A stretch of 48,713 nucleotides of DNA from Candidatus Heimdallarchaeota archaeon (GCA_046761065.1 JBHIFL010000025.1:1-48713); one strand, 5' to 3'. Positions 9,278 to 20,817 are shown, counted from the first letter of the stretch. Program-made: numbers and translations. The notes: generated from the letters alone by a model not told the origin.

Positions 9278-11707
9278 ATGACTCAAACAACCTCTAATTT
9301 CCAGACGCTTCAATACTCGGGAATTTTCTTATTGTCAGCAGCGACCTTGATGCTTCAAGTCGCCTTTACGCGTGTTCTTTCCGTTGCTCTCTGGTACCAT
9401 TTCGTTTTCATGGTGGTGAGCATTGCCCTTTTCGGTTATGGGGCAAGTGGAACCTTCCTTTCTAGTTTTCCGCAGCTCTTGAAGCAAGATCTTGATCAAC
9501 TGCTTACCCTCACCGCAGCCTTGTTCTCGGTCGCAAGTTTTGGCAGTTATATCATTTCTAATCAAATCCCATTCGATCCTGCTCGGCTCGCTTGGGATCG
9601 GATGCAGATTGGTTATATTATGATTTACTATCTCCTGCTCGCTATTCCTTTCTTCCTTAGTGGTCTATGTGTGGCCTTAGCAGTCTCGAAAGCGGGGAAA
9701 GTGATTAATAAACTCTACTTTTCAAACCTTATAGGTTCAGGTCTTGGTTCGTTCCTCGTTCTGTTTTTGTTTTCACCATTGACTGGGCCCGGCGTCATGG
9801 TGTTTACTTCTCTCCTTGCGGGCGTTTCGGCCTTCTTCTTCAGCATGCAGCTGCAAAAAAGCCATAGGTGTATAAATGCACTCTGGTTGCTTATACTTCT
9901 TCTGGTACTTCCCTTTGCTCAAGTGTTGTTTCCTATTCACATATCTCCCTACAAGAGTCTCAAGATAGCCCAGAGATACCCGAACGCGGAATTGCTAGAT
10001 ACACAATGGAATGCCTTTTCGCGAGTTGACGTCATCCAAAGTGGATATGTTCGATATGCACCTGGCATTAGCCTCCAGTATCAACAACCTCTCCCCGACC
10101 AGATTGGGGTGACAGTCGATGGAGACACGATGACAGCCATAACTCGGTATGACGGGAATTTATCAACCCTATTGTTCACAGCTTATCTCCCATCAGTCTT
10201 ACCATATTATCTTCATGACACCCCCTATACTTTAGTGTTAGGGGCAGGGGGTGGTTTAAGCGTTCTGTCTGCCTTGTACCATAATGCCAGTTCCATCGTC
10301 GCGGTTGAGGTCAACCCTCTTATCGTCGACCTCATGCAACACAAATACAAAGAGTTCGCAGGTAACATCTACGGGATTGGACGGGTGAAGGTAGTTGTCT
10401 CCGAAGGTAGGAGCTTCATCCGCGCGAGTACCGACACATTCGATATCATTGAACTTTCCATGACCGATAACGCTGCAGCCTCCTCAACCGGGATTCACGC
10501 CCTCTCTGAGAACTATTTACATACAAAAGAAGCTTTTATCGATTACTTTACCCACTTATCCCCGAGAGGAATGTTCACTGTGACCCGATGGCTTCTTCCT
10601 CCCCCAAGAGAGGACATCCGACTCGTTTCTCTAGCCGTCGATGCCCTAGAAAGCCTAGAAATCAAAGATCCTGAGAACTACATCGCGGTGATCCGAACGT
10701 GGGGTACCCTTACCCTCCTCATCAAGAAGAATAGGCTCGATACCACCGATAATGCCGCAATCCGAGAGTTCTGTCGCAAACGGAGTTTTGACATCGTCTA
10801 TCTCCCTGGAATCAGTCCTCAGGAAGTCAATCGTTACAATCAATTTCCGGAGCCGATCTACTACATGATGGTTCAAGAGATTCTTTTCGCTGAAGATCGG
10901 GATCAGTTCTATGAGCGCTATCTATTTGATATCACCCCTGTTTCCGACGAACGTCCCTTCTTCTTCCATTTTTTCAAATGGAACCGGCTTTATGAGACGT
11001 ACAAATTTATGGGGCGACGGTGGCAGCCCCTTATCGAAGGTGGGTTTTTGGTACCCCTCGTCTTTGTTCAAGCACTAGCCCTCTCTATGGTTTTCATCCT
11101 CCTCCCCCTCCGCAAGGTCCAGCGGCATGACGTTGTTGGCCATAAGCGGTTTATTACCTATTTTTTCTGCTTGGGCCTTGGCTATATGTTCATTGAGATC
11201 ACCCTCATCCAACGGTTCATCCTTTTTCTTGGTCACCCCACTTATGCCGTCTCAACTGTTCTCTTCAGCCTCCTCTTGTCCTCTGGAGGCGGTAGTTACT
11301 TCTCTGGGCGTGTTAAACTCGTTGACAGGCGGGGTCTACGATTCCTTCTTCTCGGGATTAGCACCCTCAGCCTTCTCTATATTTTCCTTTCCCCCGTCTT
11401 TTTGACGTTCCTCGGCTTATCTCTCGCCACTAAATTACTCGTCTCCTTTTTACTGATTGTACCTCTCGGATTCGTCTTAGGAATGCCCTTCCCGCTCGGA
11501 ATCAGACTACTGAGCGATTCAAGGCACGTTCTAATTCCCTGGGCTTGGGCTGCCAACGGCTGTGCTTCCGTTTTAGGTTCCATCTTGCCCGTGATTATCG
11601 CCCTCTCCCTTGGCTTCTCAACCGTCTTCGTTCTCGCCAGTTTGACTTATCTGATAGCGTACCTCTTCTTGTCGTATAAACACCCATTCGAAAGTTTTAG
11701 TATCTAG
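9278..11707 (+). CDS. Multi-pass membrane protein with a spermidine synthase-like SAM-binding domain
   Basis: TM blocks at both ends; central VLGAGGG, VEVNP and EGRSF motifs; conserved GMPFPLG and WAWAANG motifs. Confidence 0.85.
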   Translation: MTQTTSNFQTLQYSGIFLLSAATLMLQVAFTRVLSVALWYHFVFMVVSIALFGYGASGTFLSSFPQLLKQDLDQLLTLTAALFSVASFGSYIISNQIPFDPARLAWDRMQIGYIMIYYLLLAIPFFLSGLCVALAVSKAGKVINKLYFSNLIGSGLGSFLVLFLFSPLTGPGVMVFTSLLAGVSAFFFSMQLQKSHRCINALWLLILLLVLPFAQVLFPIHISPYKSLKIAQRYPNAELLDTQWNAFSRVDVIQSGYVRYAPGISLQYQQPLPDQIGVTVDGDTMTAITRYDGNLSTLLFTAYLPSVLPYYLHDTPYTLVLGAGGGLSVLSALYHNASSIVAVEVNPLIVDLMQHKYKEFAGNIYGIGRVKVVVSEGRSFIRASTDTFDIIELSMTDNAAASSTGIHALSENYLHTKEAFIDYFTHLSPRGMFTVTRWLLPPPREDIRLVSLAVDALESLEIKDPENYIAVIRTWGTLTLLIKKNRLDTTDNAAIREFCRKRSFDIVYLPGISPQEVNRYNQFPEPIYYMMVQEILFAEDRDQFYERYLFDITPVSDERPFFFHFFKWNRLYETYKFMGRRWQPLIEGGFLVPLVFVQALALSMVFILLPLRKVQRHDVVGHKRFITYFFCLGLGYMFIEITLIQRFILFLGHPTYAVSTVLFSLLLSSGGGSYFSGRVKLVDRRGLRFLLLGISTLSLLYIFLSPVFLTFLGLSLATKLLVSFLLIVPLGFVLGMPFPLGIRLLSDSRHVLIPWAWAANGCASVLGSILPVIIALSLGFSTVFVLASLTYLIAYLFLSYKHPFESFSI

Positions 11708-11747
11708 AATTTATTACCAGATGTGTAGATAAATCCCTATAGCTAGC

Positions 11748-12587
11748 TTAATCTCCGCCCTTTTCAGCTTCCCCGATCATCGGGACAAACCGGACTGAAC
11801 TTATATAAGTCGTGAAGATATCATCGCCCTGTTTTTGGACAAGAGTAAGATTTTGGATATATTGTGGGCTGCCCAAAGGGAGTATGAGTAGTCCCCCATC
11901 ATCTTTGAGCTGCTGAATGAGGGGGGGAGGGATGTGGTTAACAGCGCATGTGATGATTATGCAATCGTAAGGTGCGTGCTCCTCCCATCCGAAATATCCA
12001 TCAGCCCACTTGACATCCACATTCTCATACCCCAAGTTCTGCAACCGCTCTGCGGCACTCTCCGCCAATTTTTCTCGGATTTCAATGGTGTAAACCTCTT
12101 GACAGAGCTCGGCGAGGACGGCAGCCTGATACCCCGATCCTGTTCCAATTTCAAGGACCCGCTCTGATCCATTCAGCTGTAACGCTTGAGTCATCAAAGC
12201 GACTATGTAAGGCTGTGAGATCGTTTGTCCCTCAGCAATAGGGAGCGGATGATCTTGATAGGCGTAATCCCATAAATCTTCATCCACAAACAAATGCCTA
12301 GGTATTCGTCCCATGACTTCTAAGACTCGAGAATCGTTAATGTCCTTCGCCTTCAGTTGAAACTGCACCATTGCTCTCCGAGCTTCTACGAACTCGTCGC
12401 TCTCAGTTTGGGTTCCTACTTCGACAAGTGTTTCAATAGAGGTTTCAACTTCTGGTGACCCCGATTTAGTTTCTTCTTCTATTTCTTGTCCAATACAACC
12501 TGCGAATACCAATACGAACAATAGGGGGATTAAAACTGCACGTATCCCGCTCCTCTTAGGTTTGTTGATCAGCCGTCTTGCCTCCAT
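11748..12587 (-). CDS. pcm: Protein-L-isoaspartate O-methyltransferase with an N-terminal lipoprotein-like signal
   Basis: [25 protein letters not shown] and VRFVPM motifs. Confidence 0.93.
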   Translation of the reverse strand: MEARRLINKPKRSGIRAVLIPLLFVLVFAGCIGQEIEEETKSGSPEVETSIETLVEVGTQTESDEFVEARRAMVQFQLKAKDINDSRVLEVMGRIPRHLFVDEDLWDYAYQDHPLPIAEGQTISQPYIVALMTQALQLNGSERVLEIGTGSGYQAAVLAELCQEVYTIEIREKLAESAAERLQNLGYENVDVKWADGYFGWEEHAPYDCIIITCAVNHIPPPLIQQLKDDGGLLILPLGSPQYIQNLTLVQKQGDDIFTTYISSVRFVPMIGEAEKGGD

Positions 12588-12840
12588 CTTTTTCTAATGC
12601 TGAATTAATCAATGTCTCATTGCCTAGTTATCTCATCATTCATCAGAATTCATGTTGGATACCCTAGTGGTTTCCCTTCACTTTAATAATAACCTTTAGT
12701 TGAAGTGAAAAACCTAACGCATTTTCCATAAATCCCCACGTCGAGTTATTTGGATGAGGGGGATTATCTAATATCCCTTCTCTGCTTAACCGCGCTCGGT
12801 TCCACAAAATTTTTGGACTTCACCCAACGCATCCACTCAT

Positions 12841-13668
12841 ATGTCCCCTAGAAATCCCGAAGATGATAACATGAAGCACGCGTATATGCTGGTATATTTA
12901 ATAGCGACCTTGGTTTTCCTTATAACCATAATTCGCTTTGTTAGCTATGGGATTACCTTTAATCCATTGCCTGAGCTCTTTTTAGGAGCCTCACTTCTAA
13001 TCTCTACGGCGGCAATAATCATCCGGGTATTTATTGTAGATCTCGAAACATTCTCAGCCTCTCTCCTGCAAACAGCAGCTTTAGATTCCCCAAAAACACT
13101 GAACCCATCTCGATTTTTTAATGTAATGCCCATTGCTATGATTGTATGCACCATAGCGGATTTCTTGATCCGCAAAGATTTTGCTATTGGCATGCTCACG
13201 TTTCTTGCCGCTCAAACTTTGTACCTTAGCGCGTATTCAGGCATCATCCCCCTTCTAAACCTCAAAACCCTGTTTTCGGGAAAAACACAATTATTGACTG
13301 TTACAGTAACACTTGGATGGGCCTTTATTACAACGATTATCTATGTTTTCTTACTTTTCAACCCAGAAGAGGTACTAACCTTGGCTATCCTCCCCTATGT
13401 CATAGTCCTGTGTCTAATGGTGATAATTACCTATCTTCTTTTGATTAGATACCCAGACAGACCGTTAAAGTTTCGGATCATGCTCGCTGGAGGAGGCACC
13501 TCATTCTTCATCTCGGATGCCATTTTAGGAATAAATCGCTTTACCACTCCAATACCCGTTGCAGATTTGTGGATTCACCCCTCCTATCTCTTAGCTGTCT
13601 TTTTACTTCAATATTCGGTTCTATTCGTGCGTTCCACCCCGGAAAAATCTATATATATCAATCATTGA
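12841..13668 (+). CDS. YhhN/lysoplasmalogenase family membrane protein
   Basis: AD.L...F.IGM..FLAAQ..Y and FFISDAILG.NRF motifs; multi-TM. Confidence 0.8.
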   Translation: MSPRNPEDDNMKHAYMLVYLIATLVFLITIIRFVSYGITFNPLPELFLGASLLISTAAIIIRVFIVDLETFSASLLQTAALDSPKTLNPSRFFNVMPIAMIVCTIADFLIRKDFAIGMLTFLAAQTLYLSAYSGIIPLLNLKTLFSGKTQLLTVTVTLGWAFITTIIYVFLLFNPEEVLTLAILPYVIVLCLMVIITYLLLIRYPDRPLKFRIMLAGGGTSFFISDAILGINRFTTPIPVADLWIHPSYLLAVFLLQYSVLFVRSTPEKSIYINH

Positions 13669-13747
13669 AAATCTAAAACCAATTATAGTCAATAATTTGG
13701 GATTGTACAATATCAAATGAGCTTACCCTGGCGTTGTTGAAGCATTT

Positions 13748-14410
13748 ATGAGAGTTCTCGAATTTAGAGAATGTATAAGCACTAATCTCGAGGAGAATTT
13801 ATATATGAAGCCAAAAATCAAACCAATTCCGAGGGAAAAGGAACCAAATGCTTGGATCTTCGATAAGGACGGGCTGTTTGTCGCGTTCGCTCTGGAAGAG
13901 ACTACGATCACATTATCCCTCTACCCCAGCAAGAATTTAAAAAAAATCAACCATAGATTAGAGAATGCAGGATATAGAATCGCAAAACAAGGAGGAACAC
14001 CACAAATAATTAGGGAAAAAGAGGCTGGCAGAGAAGACGCCCCAAATCCGAAGGAAGCGTTTTTAATACGTGTTGGGAAGGCACTAATGAATACGTTTCT
14101 GGGAAGCGACTGGGACACCGAAATTAAATTCACATATCCAGCGTATTTTTCTGAGTTCACCAAGCGCGTTTTAGAGGAAACACGAAAGATCCCCAAAGGA
14201 CAGGTCGCGACCTATGGGGAGATTGCAGAGCGCATTGGCTCCCCGGGTGGGGCGAGAGCTGTAGGGAATGCACTTGGTAAATGCCCCCTCGGGTTAATTG
14301 TCCCTTGCCATCGGGTGGTCAACTCGAAAGGACGAGTGGGATTTTTGCTCGCTCGGGAGATACTTATGCGAGAGGGGGTAAAATTTCGGAGGGGACGAAT
14401 TGTTCTATGA
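13748..14410 (+). CDS. ogt: Methylated-DNA-protein-cysteine methyltransferase
   Basis: IPKGQVATYGEIA, ARAVGNAL and the active-site PCHRV. Confidence 0.9.
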   Translation: MRVLEFRECISTNLEENLYMKPKIKPIPREKEPNAWIFDKDGLFVAFALEETTITLSLYPSKNLKKINHRLENAGYRIAKQGGTPQIIREKEAGREDAPNPKEAFLIRVGKALMNTFLGSDWDTEIKFTYPAYFSEFTKRVLEETRKIPKGQVATYGEIAERIGSPGGARAVGNALGKCPLGLIVPCHRVVNSKGRVGFLLAREILMREGVKFRRGRIVL

Positions 14411-14430
14411 TTTTCGAAATAGCGCTATAA

Positions 14431-14901
14431 TCACAGCAAAACATAACGGGTCAGGTAGAGGTACGTTCCACCAAGGATTGGCAAAATCCAGAGAACAAAG
14501 GCAAGACGCATCATGTTCTTTGTCCCACAGCCAAGAGGTTGACTGGTTCTCAATGCCTTATTGAAACGATAGCTGAATGTGACTCCAAGCAGAGTAGCTA
14601 GCAAACCAAGTCCCGCATGGAAGACGATTGTCGGCTCATATGTTCTGAATCCACGCACGAAAGAAGGAGCCATTACCAATAAGATCGTAACTAGCGTAAT
14701 AAGGGTTACAGTCGACATAATGCGGCCATGCACTTTCAGGAACCTTCTCTTAATGTAGCCAAACAACAACATTAACGTCACATATTGGATGACCAAGTTG
14801 AGATCGATTATTATAGTTGCGGAATTTCCGAATATTCCCATTATAAGAACCTTAGAAATGGTAAATTCACGTGGTGAAAAATCTTCCGACAAGCCCAACA
14901 T
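14431..14901 (-). CDS. Small membrane protein (DUF420-like)
   Basis: Four TM helices with His residues (HGRIM, HAGLG); the true start is probably downstream (MGIFG). Confidence 0.55.
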   Translation of the reverse strand: MLGLSEDFSPREFTISKVLIMGIFGNSATIIIDLNLVIQYVTLMLLFGYIKRRFLKVHGRIMSTVTLITLVTILLVMAPSFVRGFRTYEPTIVFHAGLGLLATLLGVTFSYRFNKALRTSQPLGCGTKNMMRLAFVLWILPILGGTYLYLTRYVLL

Positions 14902-14983
14902 GTTGGAATAGGCGCACCACTTATAGATTAAATAGATGGAGTAAATCGGAAGTCATTAGTATCTTTTAAAAGAAATACCATAC

Positions 14984-15856
14984 ATGTTTTCAGAGATCAT
15001 TATCCGCCCGCCAGTAGAGGCGGACAGTGTGCTTATCGGAGTTACTGAAGGCTGCTCGTGGAACAAATGTATGTTTTGCGGAACGTACCGTCACACTCAG
15101 GACTTTCGAATCCGTGAGGTCAAGGAAGTCCTAGCAGACATCGAGAAGGCGAAACAGTACTATGGGGATGCAACAAACGTATTCTTAGCAGGGGGGAACG
15201 CCACCTGCGCGCCAATGGACATGCTGGTGACGATCCTAAACCAACTCTATGCCACTTTTCCAAGCCTCCGGCATGTCTCCTGCTATAGTAAAAATCATGA
15301 CCTACTCAAGAAAAATCGGGAAGAACTGAAAATCTTACGGGATACAGGCTTAAGCACCGTCTATATGGGGTTGGAATCCGGGTCAGCGCGGATCCTCCGC
15401 GAAATGCGGAAGGGGGCCACTCCGAACGCCATGATTCGAGCCAGCAAGAAGGCAATGGCAGCAGGGCTCTGCCTCTCGCTCTATGTGATTCTAGGATTAG
15501 GGGGACAAGACCTCTCAGAAGAGCACGCCCTAGGGACGGCACGGGTGTTGAATGCCATTAATCCCGATTTCATTCGGTTTCGAACGCTCAATATAATGCC
15601 CAATGCGCCCCTCATGGAACGTATTCAAAGTGGGAAGTTCAAACTTCTCGCCCCGATTGACCTCTTGCGTGAGCAACGGGCGATCATTGCGAACTTAGAC
15701 GTCCACAGTGAAATCCGGAATGATCATATCTCAAATTACGAATATTTTGAGGGGAAACTGCCGGAAGACAAGAATGCGATATTAAAATTATTAGATATGC
15801 AGATAAATGATCCAGCGACTCATTTTTTACAACCAAAACGTTTAACCCATATGTAA
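14984..15856 (+). CDS. Radical SAM protein
   Basis: CxxxxCxxC variant GCSWNKCMFCG, plus YMGLESG and RPPVEA motifs. Confidence 0.9.
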   Translation: MFSEIIIRPPVEADSVLIGVTEGCSWNKCMFCGTYRHTQDFRIREVKEVLADIEKAKQYYGDATNVFLAGGNATCAPMDMLVTILNQLYATFPSLRHVSCYSKNHDLLKKNREELKILRDTGLSTVYMGLESGSARILREMRKGATPNAMIRASKKAMAAGLCLSLYVILGLGGQDLSEEHALGTARVLNAINPDFIRFRTLNIMPNAPLMERIQSGKFKLLAPIDLLREQRAIIANLDVHSEIRNDHISNYEYFEGKLPEDKNAILKLLDMQINDPATHFLQPKRLTHM

Positions 15857-16039
15857 CTCGGTTTTGTTTTAGGCGCACTTGATTCTAATGCATTGGTACA
15901 GGACTTGAAGCCGATGAAATTCTTTGGCATGGAGCTTTTCCGACTCTTACCATTGGTTAGTGAGAAGGAAGGTCATTCAGCAGGCAACTGAAAAAAGGAA
16001 GGATGTTCTTAGGTTTATAATCATTATTGATGATTAATA

Positions 16040-16436
16040 GCATCTTCGATCCCCCAAATCAGGGGAGCTCTTCGATACTTGCAGACCAATCATAAACTCC
16101 ACACCATGCCCTCCTATCAGATCAAATTTCAATTGGAATACAAGGTCCTGCGGGAAGGCATCCCCGTCCTCTTTGTGAACGATGATTACGCCTCCAAACG
16201 GTACTACTGGTGCGGAACAAAAAGCATACAAGTGAAGAGGTAATACCGCGGTGTTGTAGCTCGGATTACATTACAGACTTAAAAGCCACACGCTACATCA
16301 TCTGCAAGTCTCTCGGGTATCTCTTACGAGATAGAGTCGCAACGACCTGGTCTAGATCCCCCTCAGCGACTATAGTTGTAGATAGGGTATAGTAGACGAT
16401 GAAGGAAGTTCCGTTTATTGGGATGGAGTAGTTAAT
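16040..16436 (+). mobile_element. tnpB: Degenerate IS200/IS605-family tnpB 3' remnant with right-end hairpin
   Basis: Translation from 16085 gives TNHKLHTMPSYQIKFQLEYKVLREGIPVLFVNDDYASKRYYWCG, then after a stop/frameshift DYITDLKATRYII.KSLGY (eroded Zn ribbon and RuvC-III). An imperfect hairpin gaagttccgtttattgggatggagtagttaa lies at about 16405-16435. Confidence 0.75.
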
Positions 16437-16638
16437 AAGTTTGATCGAACAAAATCCATTTGAAGCAAGCCATTGTCATTGAATGGGCTTGTTTATTAAT
16501 TTCCATTAAATAGCAAGTTGAACTGATAATGCAAAGTGAAACTGAGATGGGCATCTCTTTGGAAAACTAACGTTCGAGACTACAGGAGAGGTAAATAAGG
16601 TAAAGCATTTCTGGAGATGTTACAGGAGTAGTCAAACG

Positions 16639-17226
16639 ATGTGTCAGCCTAAATCTTATAAAGTTACGAAAGTAAAAAGGATTACAATCCAGCCGGTGAT
16701 GACCCCTTTGTCCACCAATAATACATACCAAAGCTCAAGATGGATTGTAATACAAGCATTAATTGTGTTTGGTTGGGCGATGCTCACACACTCACTCCTC
16801 TTGCTGGTCATCGATGTATCCTTGCCCAGCAAACTTCCCCAAATCTTGATGGCCCTCTCCGCTACGCTGATCTATGACTCTGCACTTTTGATAGATCTGG
16901 CCCGCGGGTCTATCCCGATGGCATACTCTCCCCTAGACGTTTTGAGTTTAGGTATGGCGCCGTGGCTGATAGCAGGAATGTTTAGTGTACAGCCTTTTAA
17001 AAACACGACTGATGCACTCAGAGGCGCTATCATGGGAGTGATATTAAGTGCTTTTGTATTCATCTACACTTGGGTAGGAATTGGGGGTTTTTCACTAATT
17101 GGGTTGCTCCTTTCGATCCAGTTTTTTGTGGGTTCGGTTGTTAACATGGTGGTCGCATCTGTTGGAGCAATTTGTAGACTAAGATTAGATCCTTGGGTTC
17201 AAAGAATTATCAATAAGATGAAGTAA
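16639..17226 (+). CDS. Hypothetical membrane protein
   Basis: Several hydrophobic helices. Confidence 0.6.
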   Translation: MCQPKSYKVTKVKRITIQPVMTPLSTNNTYQSSRWIVIQALIVFGWAMLTHSLLLLVIDVSLPSKLPQILMALSATLIYDSALLIDLARGSIPMAYSPLDVLSLGMAPWLIAGMFSVQPFKNTTDALRGAIMGVILSAFVFIYTWVGIGGFSLIGLLLSIQFFVGSVVNMVVASVGAICRLRLDPWVQRIINKMK

Positions 17227-17368
17227 TCAGAACAAAGTAGATCAAGTAGGAAAACGGGATTTGTGATAGGCAGGAACTATTTCTTGAATAATGAAACCAA
17301 TATAATTGGGTATTTAGCAGAGTATTTCAGGTGCTGAGTAAAGCAATATAACACTCTAAAAGAGATAG

Positions 17369-17917
17369 TCAAATCCTAAAACGGGGGAAAAATCTGGGGA
17401 CTTGTTGCTTGTAACGGGTGTAGGTTTCTCCATGTTCTTCAATAAGTCGTTCTTCTTCCGTATATGTAAACAAATACAAACAGGTTAGCCAAACGAATGA
17501 AAAAATAAAGCCAGGAATCGACTTGAAAATAATTGACCAACCAAAAGGCCATATTGCTTCTCCAAACAAGATAGGGTGGCGTATTATCCCATATAACCCG
17601 TCAGTCTGTAATTTTTCTGTGCGTTCAGGGCGTGTGAATGGGTTAATGATGCCGAGATGGTACACTGGCGCAACAGCAAAGAATAGGCCTAATATCAAGA
17701 TAGGGAAGCCGAGGGAAAGTGTAGTAAGATCTGTAAAATGAAATCTAGGTTGTTCAATAAAGGGCAGGACTAGTATTAACCGTGAACCACTCGGTAGAGA
17801 CACAAAAATGAAACCAAAGAACGGTTTTGAACCAATTCGTTTACTATTAACAGCTATAAGATCCATAAAAAAAGAAAACATAGTCAAAAATGCCCAGAGC
17901 CAATATGTATCAAACAC
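17369..17917 (-). CDS. Isoprenylcysteine carboxylmethyltransferase/PEMT family protein
   Basis: LQTDGLYGIIRHP and EEERL...GETY.RYKQQVPRF motifs. Confidence 0.88.
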   Translation of the reverse strand: MFDTYWLWAFLTMFSFFMDLIAVNSKRIGSKPFFGFIFVSLPSGSRLILVLPFIEQPRFHFTDLTTLSLGFPILILGLFFAVAPVYHLGIINPFTRPERTEKLQTDGLYGIIRHPILFGEAIWPFGWSIIFKSIPGFIFSFVWLTCLYLFTYTEEERLIEEHGETYTRYKQQVPRFFPRFRI

Positions 17918-18068
17918 TCAAAACCACCACCACTTTAAGTCGATTTCAATACATGGTGAACCTCACTAATCTAATAGACCCGAATCCTCATTGGGATAAG
18001 TAGTTAGAGTATGCTAACAGCTCACACAAACCGGTACGCATCCCGTGCACGTCTGTTATGGGAGGGTG

Positions 18069-19190
18069 TCATTCCATTTCGCTGAACACCAAATTTATCA
18101 TATCCTCAAACGAAGAATCTCCATTTCGATTCTCGTGCCGTAGGATGATCTTATCACGTTCTGTGTTGCCAATTCCTAATTCTTTTGCTCTCTGAATTTG
18201 GTCTTGGCGGCACACTGGTTTCTCAGTCAAGCCCTTCGCATCAAAGAATTTTAATACCGAGGCGCCGACCAAATCAACCGCCACACGATCACTCCCAGCG
18301 ATCACCACCCCGGTCTGCTGTTTAGTTCCATAAGTCGGACCCCCATCCACAAAACCCTCTAAGCCATCCACAATGATAAGGTCAGTGGAATACGCTAAGT
18401 TGATCTCGGCGATTTTCTGGCGGGTGTTGCCACTATGAAGCCGTCTCCTATCCGGGTAAGAAAGCACTCCTACGCTATTTTTGAGCGCCATTGTGAAGAC
18501 TCCGATGCTATGGGTCTTCAGCGCAGGCAGCGAAATAACCCGAGATGCCTCATGGACGCAGCTCATAGTGGTAAATTCTCCGTTCCAATAGGTTGCAGCT
18601 GGAATATATGTCTTGATAAAAGCAGTATCTTCAGGTTCTTCATCAAGAAATCTAGCAGACACTCCAAATTTTTCGAGAATAGGCATGAATCCCTTCTGGT
18701 GGAAGTTTGTTCGAACCGGTAATGCCCCGGCATTAGGTAAATCACTTACCACAATATCTTCTGGCGCGACTCCGGCAGCTATTAGTAACTTGAGGGTAGT
18801 TTCTAAGGTGGTGGGATGGGTTGATGCAGGAAAGGGATGGGCCGTGTTACAATTAGGTTTGATGAGCACATAGGAATCTAGATCTTTGACTAGAGGGTCA
18901 AGACCGCCTAAAAGTGAAATGGCAGTGTTAATTCCGTCAATTCGGTTATCACATTTTACGAGGGCAACAAGACTCTTCCCGTTCTGAGAGTAGAGAGGAG
19001 TTCGTAAAGCTAGGGTATCGATGGTTGAGGGTTTTATCAAAATGGAACGAATGAGCGCTCCTCCGGTTAGGGCGGCCGCCGCCGTGGCCAGAGAAGCCTT
19101 CAAAAAAGTTCGGCGGTTGACCCGTTCTCCAAACAGGGATGGCTCCTCGGAATCCAATTTTTCACTATCGTTAATCGTTATGGCCCCCAC
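18069..19190 (-). CDS. DUF362 protein with a Tat signal peptide
   Basis: NRRTFLK twin-arginine motif; VLIKPN, LKTH, ALKN and D.VAVD motifs. Confidence 0.88.
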   Translation of the reverse strand: MGAITINDSEKLDSEEPSLFGERVNRRTFLKASLATAAAALTGGALIRSILIKPSTIDTLALRTPLYSQNGKSLVALVKCDNRIDGINTAISLLGGLDPLVKDLDSYVLIKPNCNTAHPFPASTHPTTLETTLKLLIAAGVAPEDIVVSDLPNAGALPVRTNFHQKGFMPILEKFGVSARFLDEEPEDTAFIKTYIPAATYWNGEFTTMSCVHEASRVISLPALKTHSIGVFTMALKNSVGVLSYPDRRRLHSGNTRQKIAEINLAYSTDLIIVDGLEGFVDGGPTYGTKQQTGVVIAGSDRVAVDLVGASVLKFFDAKGLTEKPVCRQDQIQRAKELGIGNTERDKIILRHENRNGDSSFEDMINLVFSEME

Positions 19191-20184
19191 ATAAGTTGCT
19201 AGACACCAATTGCCCCGAATCGATATAAGAAAATCTATATGTCTAAAGTTATAACTATTTGAGTAAATTCTGTCGTGAAAAACAAGGCGGTCAATTGGCT
19301 TTATCAGAATGCGATCTTGTTAATTAATGCTTTTTCTTTCAAAATACTGTTTTACACCTCTTTTCACTGCTTTCTTCTTTGTTGAGGCGCCTCAAGCCCC
19401 TCCTGAGTGTATTTGTAAGCCCCTCCCGAACATGATCAATTTTGGCGAAGTAGTTTCATCAGGTAACATCTTCATCTTCCTCTCCAAATTATAACCTTGC
19501 TAATCATGGAGTGGAGCATACGGGATGACATCAAGCCTATTTATTATGGTACATATGACTAAACGTGATTATAACCTTGGATTTGAATGGGTCAGGTTCA
19601 GATAATATTAATTCCCTCTCATTTCATCATTGTGCTTTATACTGTTTGACTACTCCTCATTTCCCTGCAAGAGGATCCAACCCTGTTCCAATTTCAATCT
19701 TATATAATTCTCGAAGGACTTGACGGGTTTTCACATCATCAATATAGTAGGAAAATGTACATCATTAAGGGTTGGTAGCCAGATGACTTCCAATATTTCG
19801 TTTTAGGCATTATTAATATTATCATTAAATACAAGTTGGACTGCTTAATCAAATGCATATACACATGTTAGAAGAAACTGTATGATGATACACGCATTTT
19901 TTTCTCTCCACTCCAATATTAGCATATCAGACACATTGAGATAAAAGTTTGGACTCCTTTCCTTACGATTGTGTACTACAGCGAACGATGCATCAGAAAA
20001 GGTCGCTGGTGTTAAGCTAGGTGGAACATGAAAAGCATTTCTGTGAGCCACTAAACACCGCATCTAGCTCTCAATTGTTTACGTTAACCAGTATACTAGA
20101 TCAGCCTCTTTCCCAAAATATTCCCTTAATTTTTTACTTTGATAATTGGTGGCATTTTATATCCATCTCCCGCCGGATAACGCT

Positions 20185-20640
20185 CTAAATATCCTCTTCT
20201 AATGTGACGGATTCAATAGCTGTCTTTAAAATTTGATTAAACAGTGAATAACTTTTTATTTGCATATTCACCACTTTTTTCAATGTTAGATCGTTATCTA
20301 AGTTGTATCGTTCCTCAAGAAAAGTCAATTCTTTAGTAAACGATTCGTTATTCGAAATCAATTGCTGTAATATATTTACTATCATGTTTGTATTAGGGGC
20401 AAGCCGATATCTATAACCAAGCCTTCTAGGGCTCGATTTTACAATAACACCATAATTTTCAAGAAGCTTAAGTACCCTATTGACAGATGCTCGTGAAGTA
20501 GGGTAATCCGCTTCGGGTAATAGCTCAGAAAGTCGTTTTGAAATGTTCTCTTGAGTCCAAAACCCGAGTTCTAACATTAATAATGCTTCAATCCACCCAC
20601 CAAGACTGGGATACCCAAATCCCTCGTATTTTTTACCCAT
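20185..20640 (-). CDS. GbsR/MarR-type winged-helix regulator
   Basis: WTQENIS..L...SRASVNRVLKLLENYGVI wHTH pattern. Confidence 0.7.
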   Translation of the reverse strand: MGKKYEGFGYPSLGGWIEALLMLELGFWTQENISKRLSELLPEADYPTSRASVNRVLKLLENYGVIVKSSPRRLGYRYRLAPNTNMIVNILQQLISNNESFTKELTFLEERYNLDNDLTLKKVVNMQIKSYSLFNQILKTAIESVTLEEDI

Positions 20641-20817
20641 TATTTCAAAAAATTGTTTCGTGCTTCTGGAATCATGATCTTGTCTCCAATTTCGCCTAGG
20701 ATTCGAACTTTATTTCAATTTTCCGAAATTCTGAATTTCAATAAAATGAAAAACCTACGATTGGAGAAAAGAACAAAAAGAAATTTTTATTTTGCCCAAG
20801 TTTTAGAAAATAGGCAT

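Noticed and set aside
19250-20170. Possible gene downstream of the GbsR-like regulator
   Set aside because: Many stops in all frames; probably a decayed gene, but I cannot assign a family.
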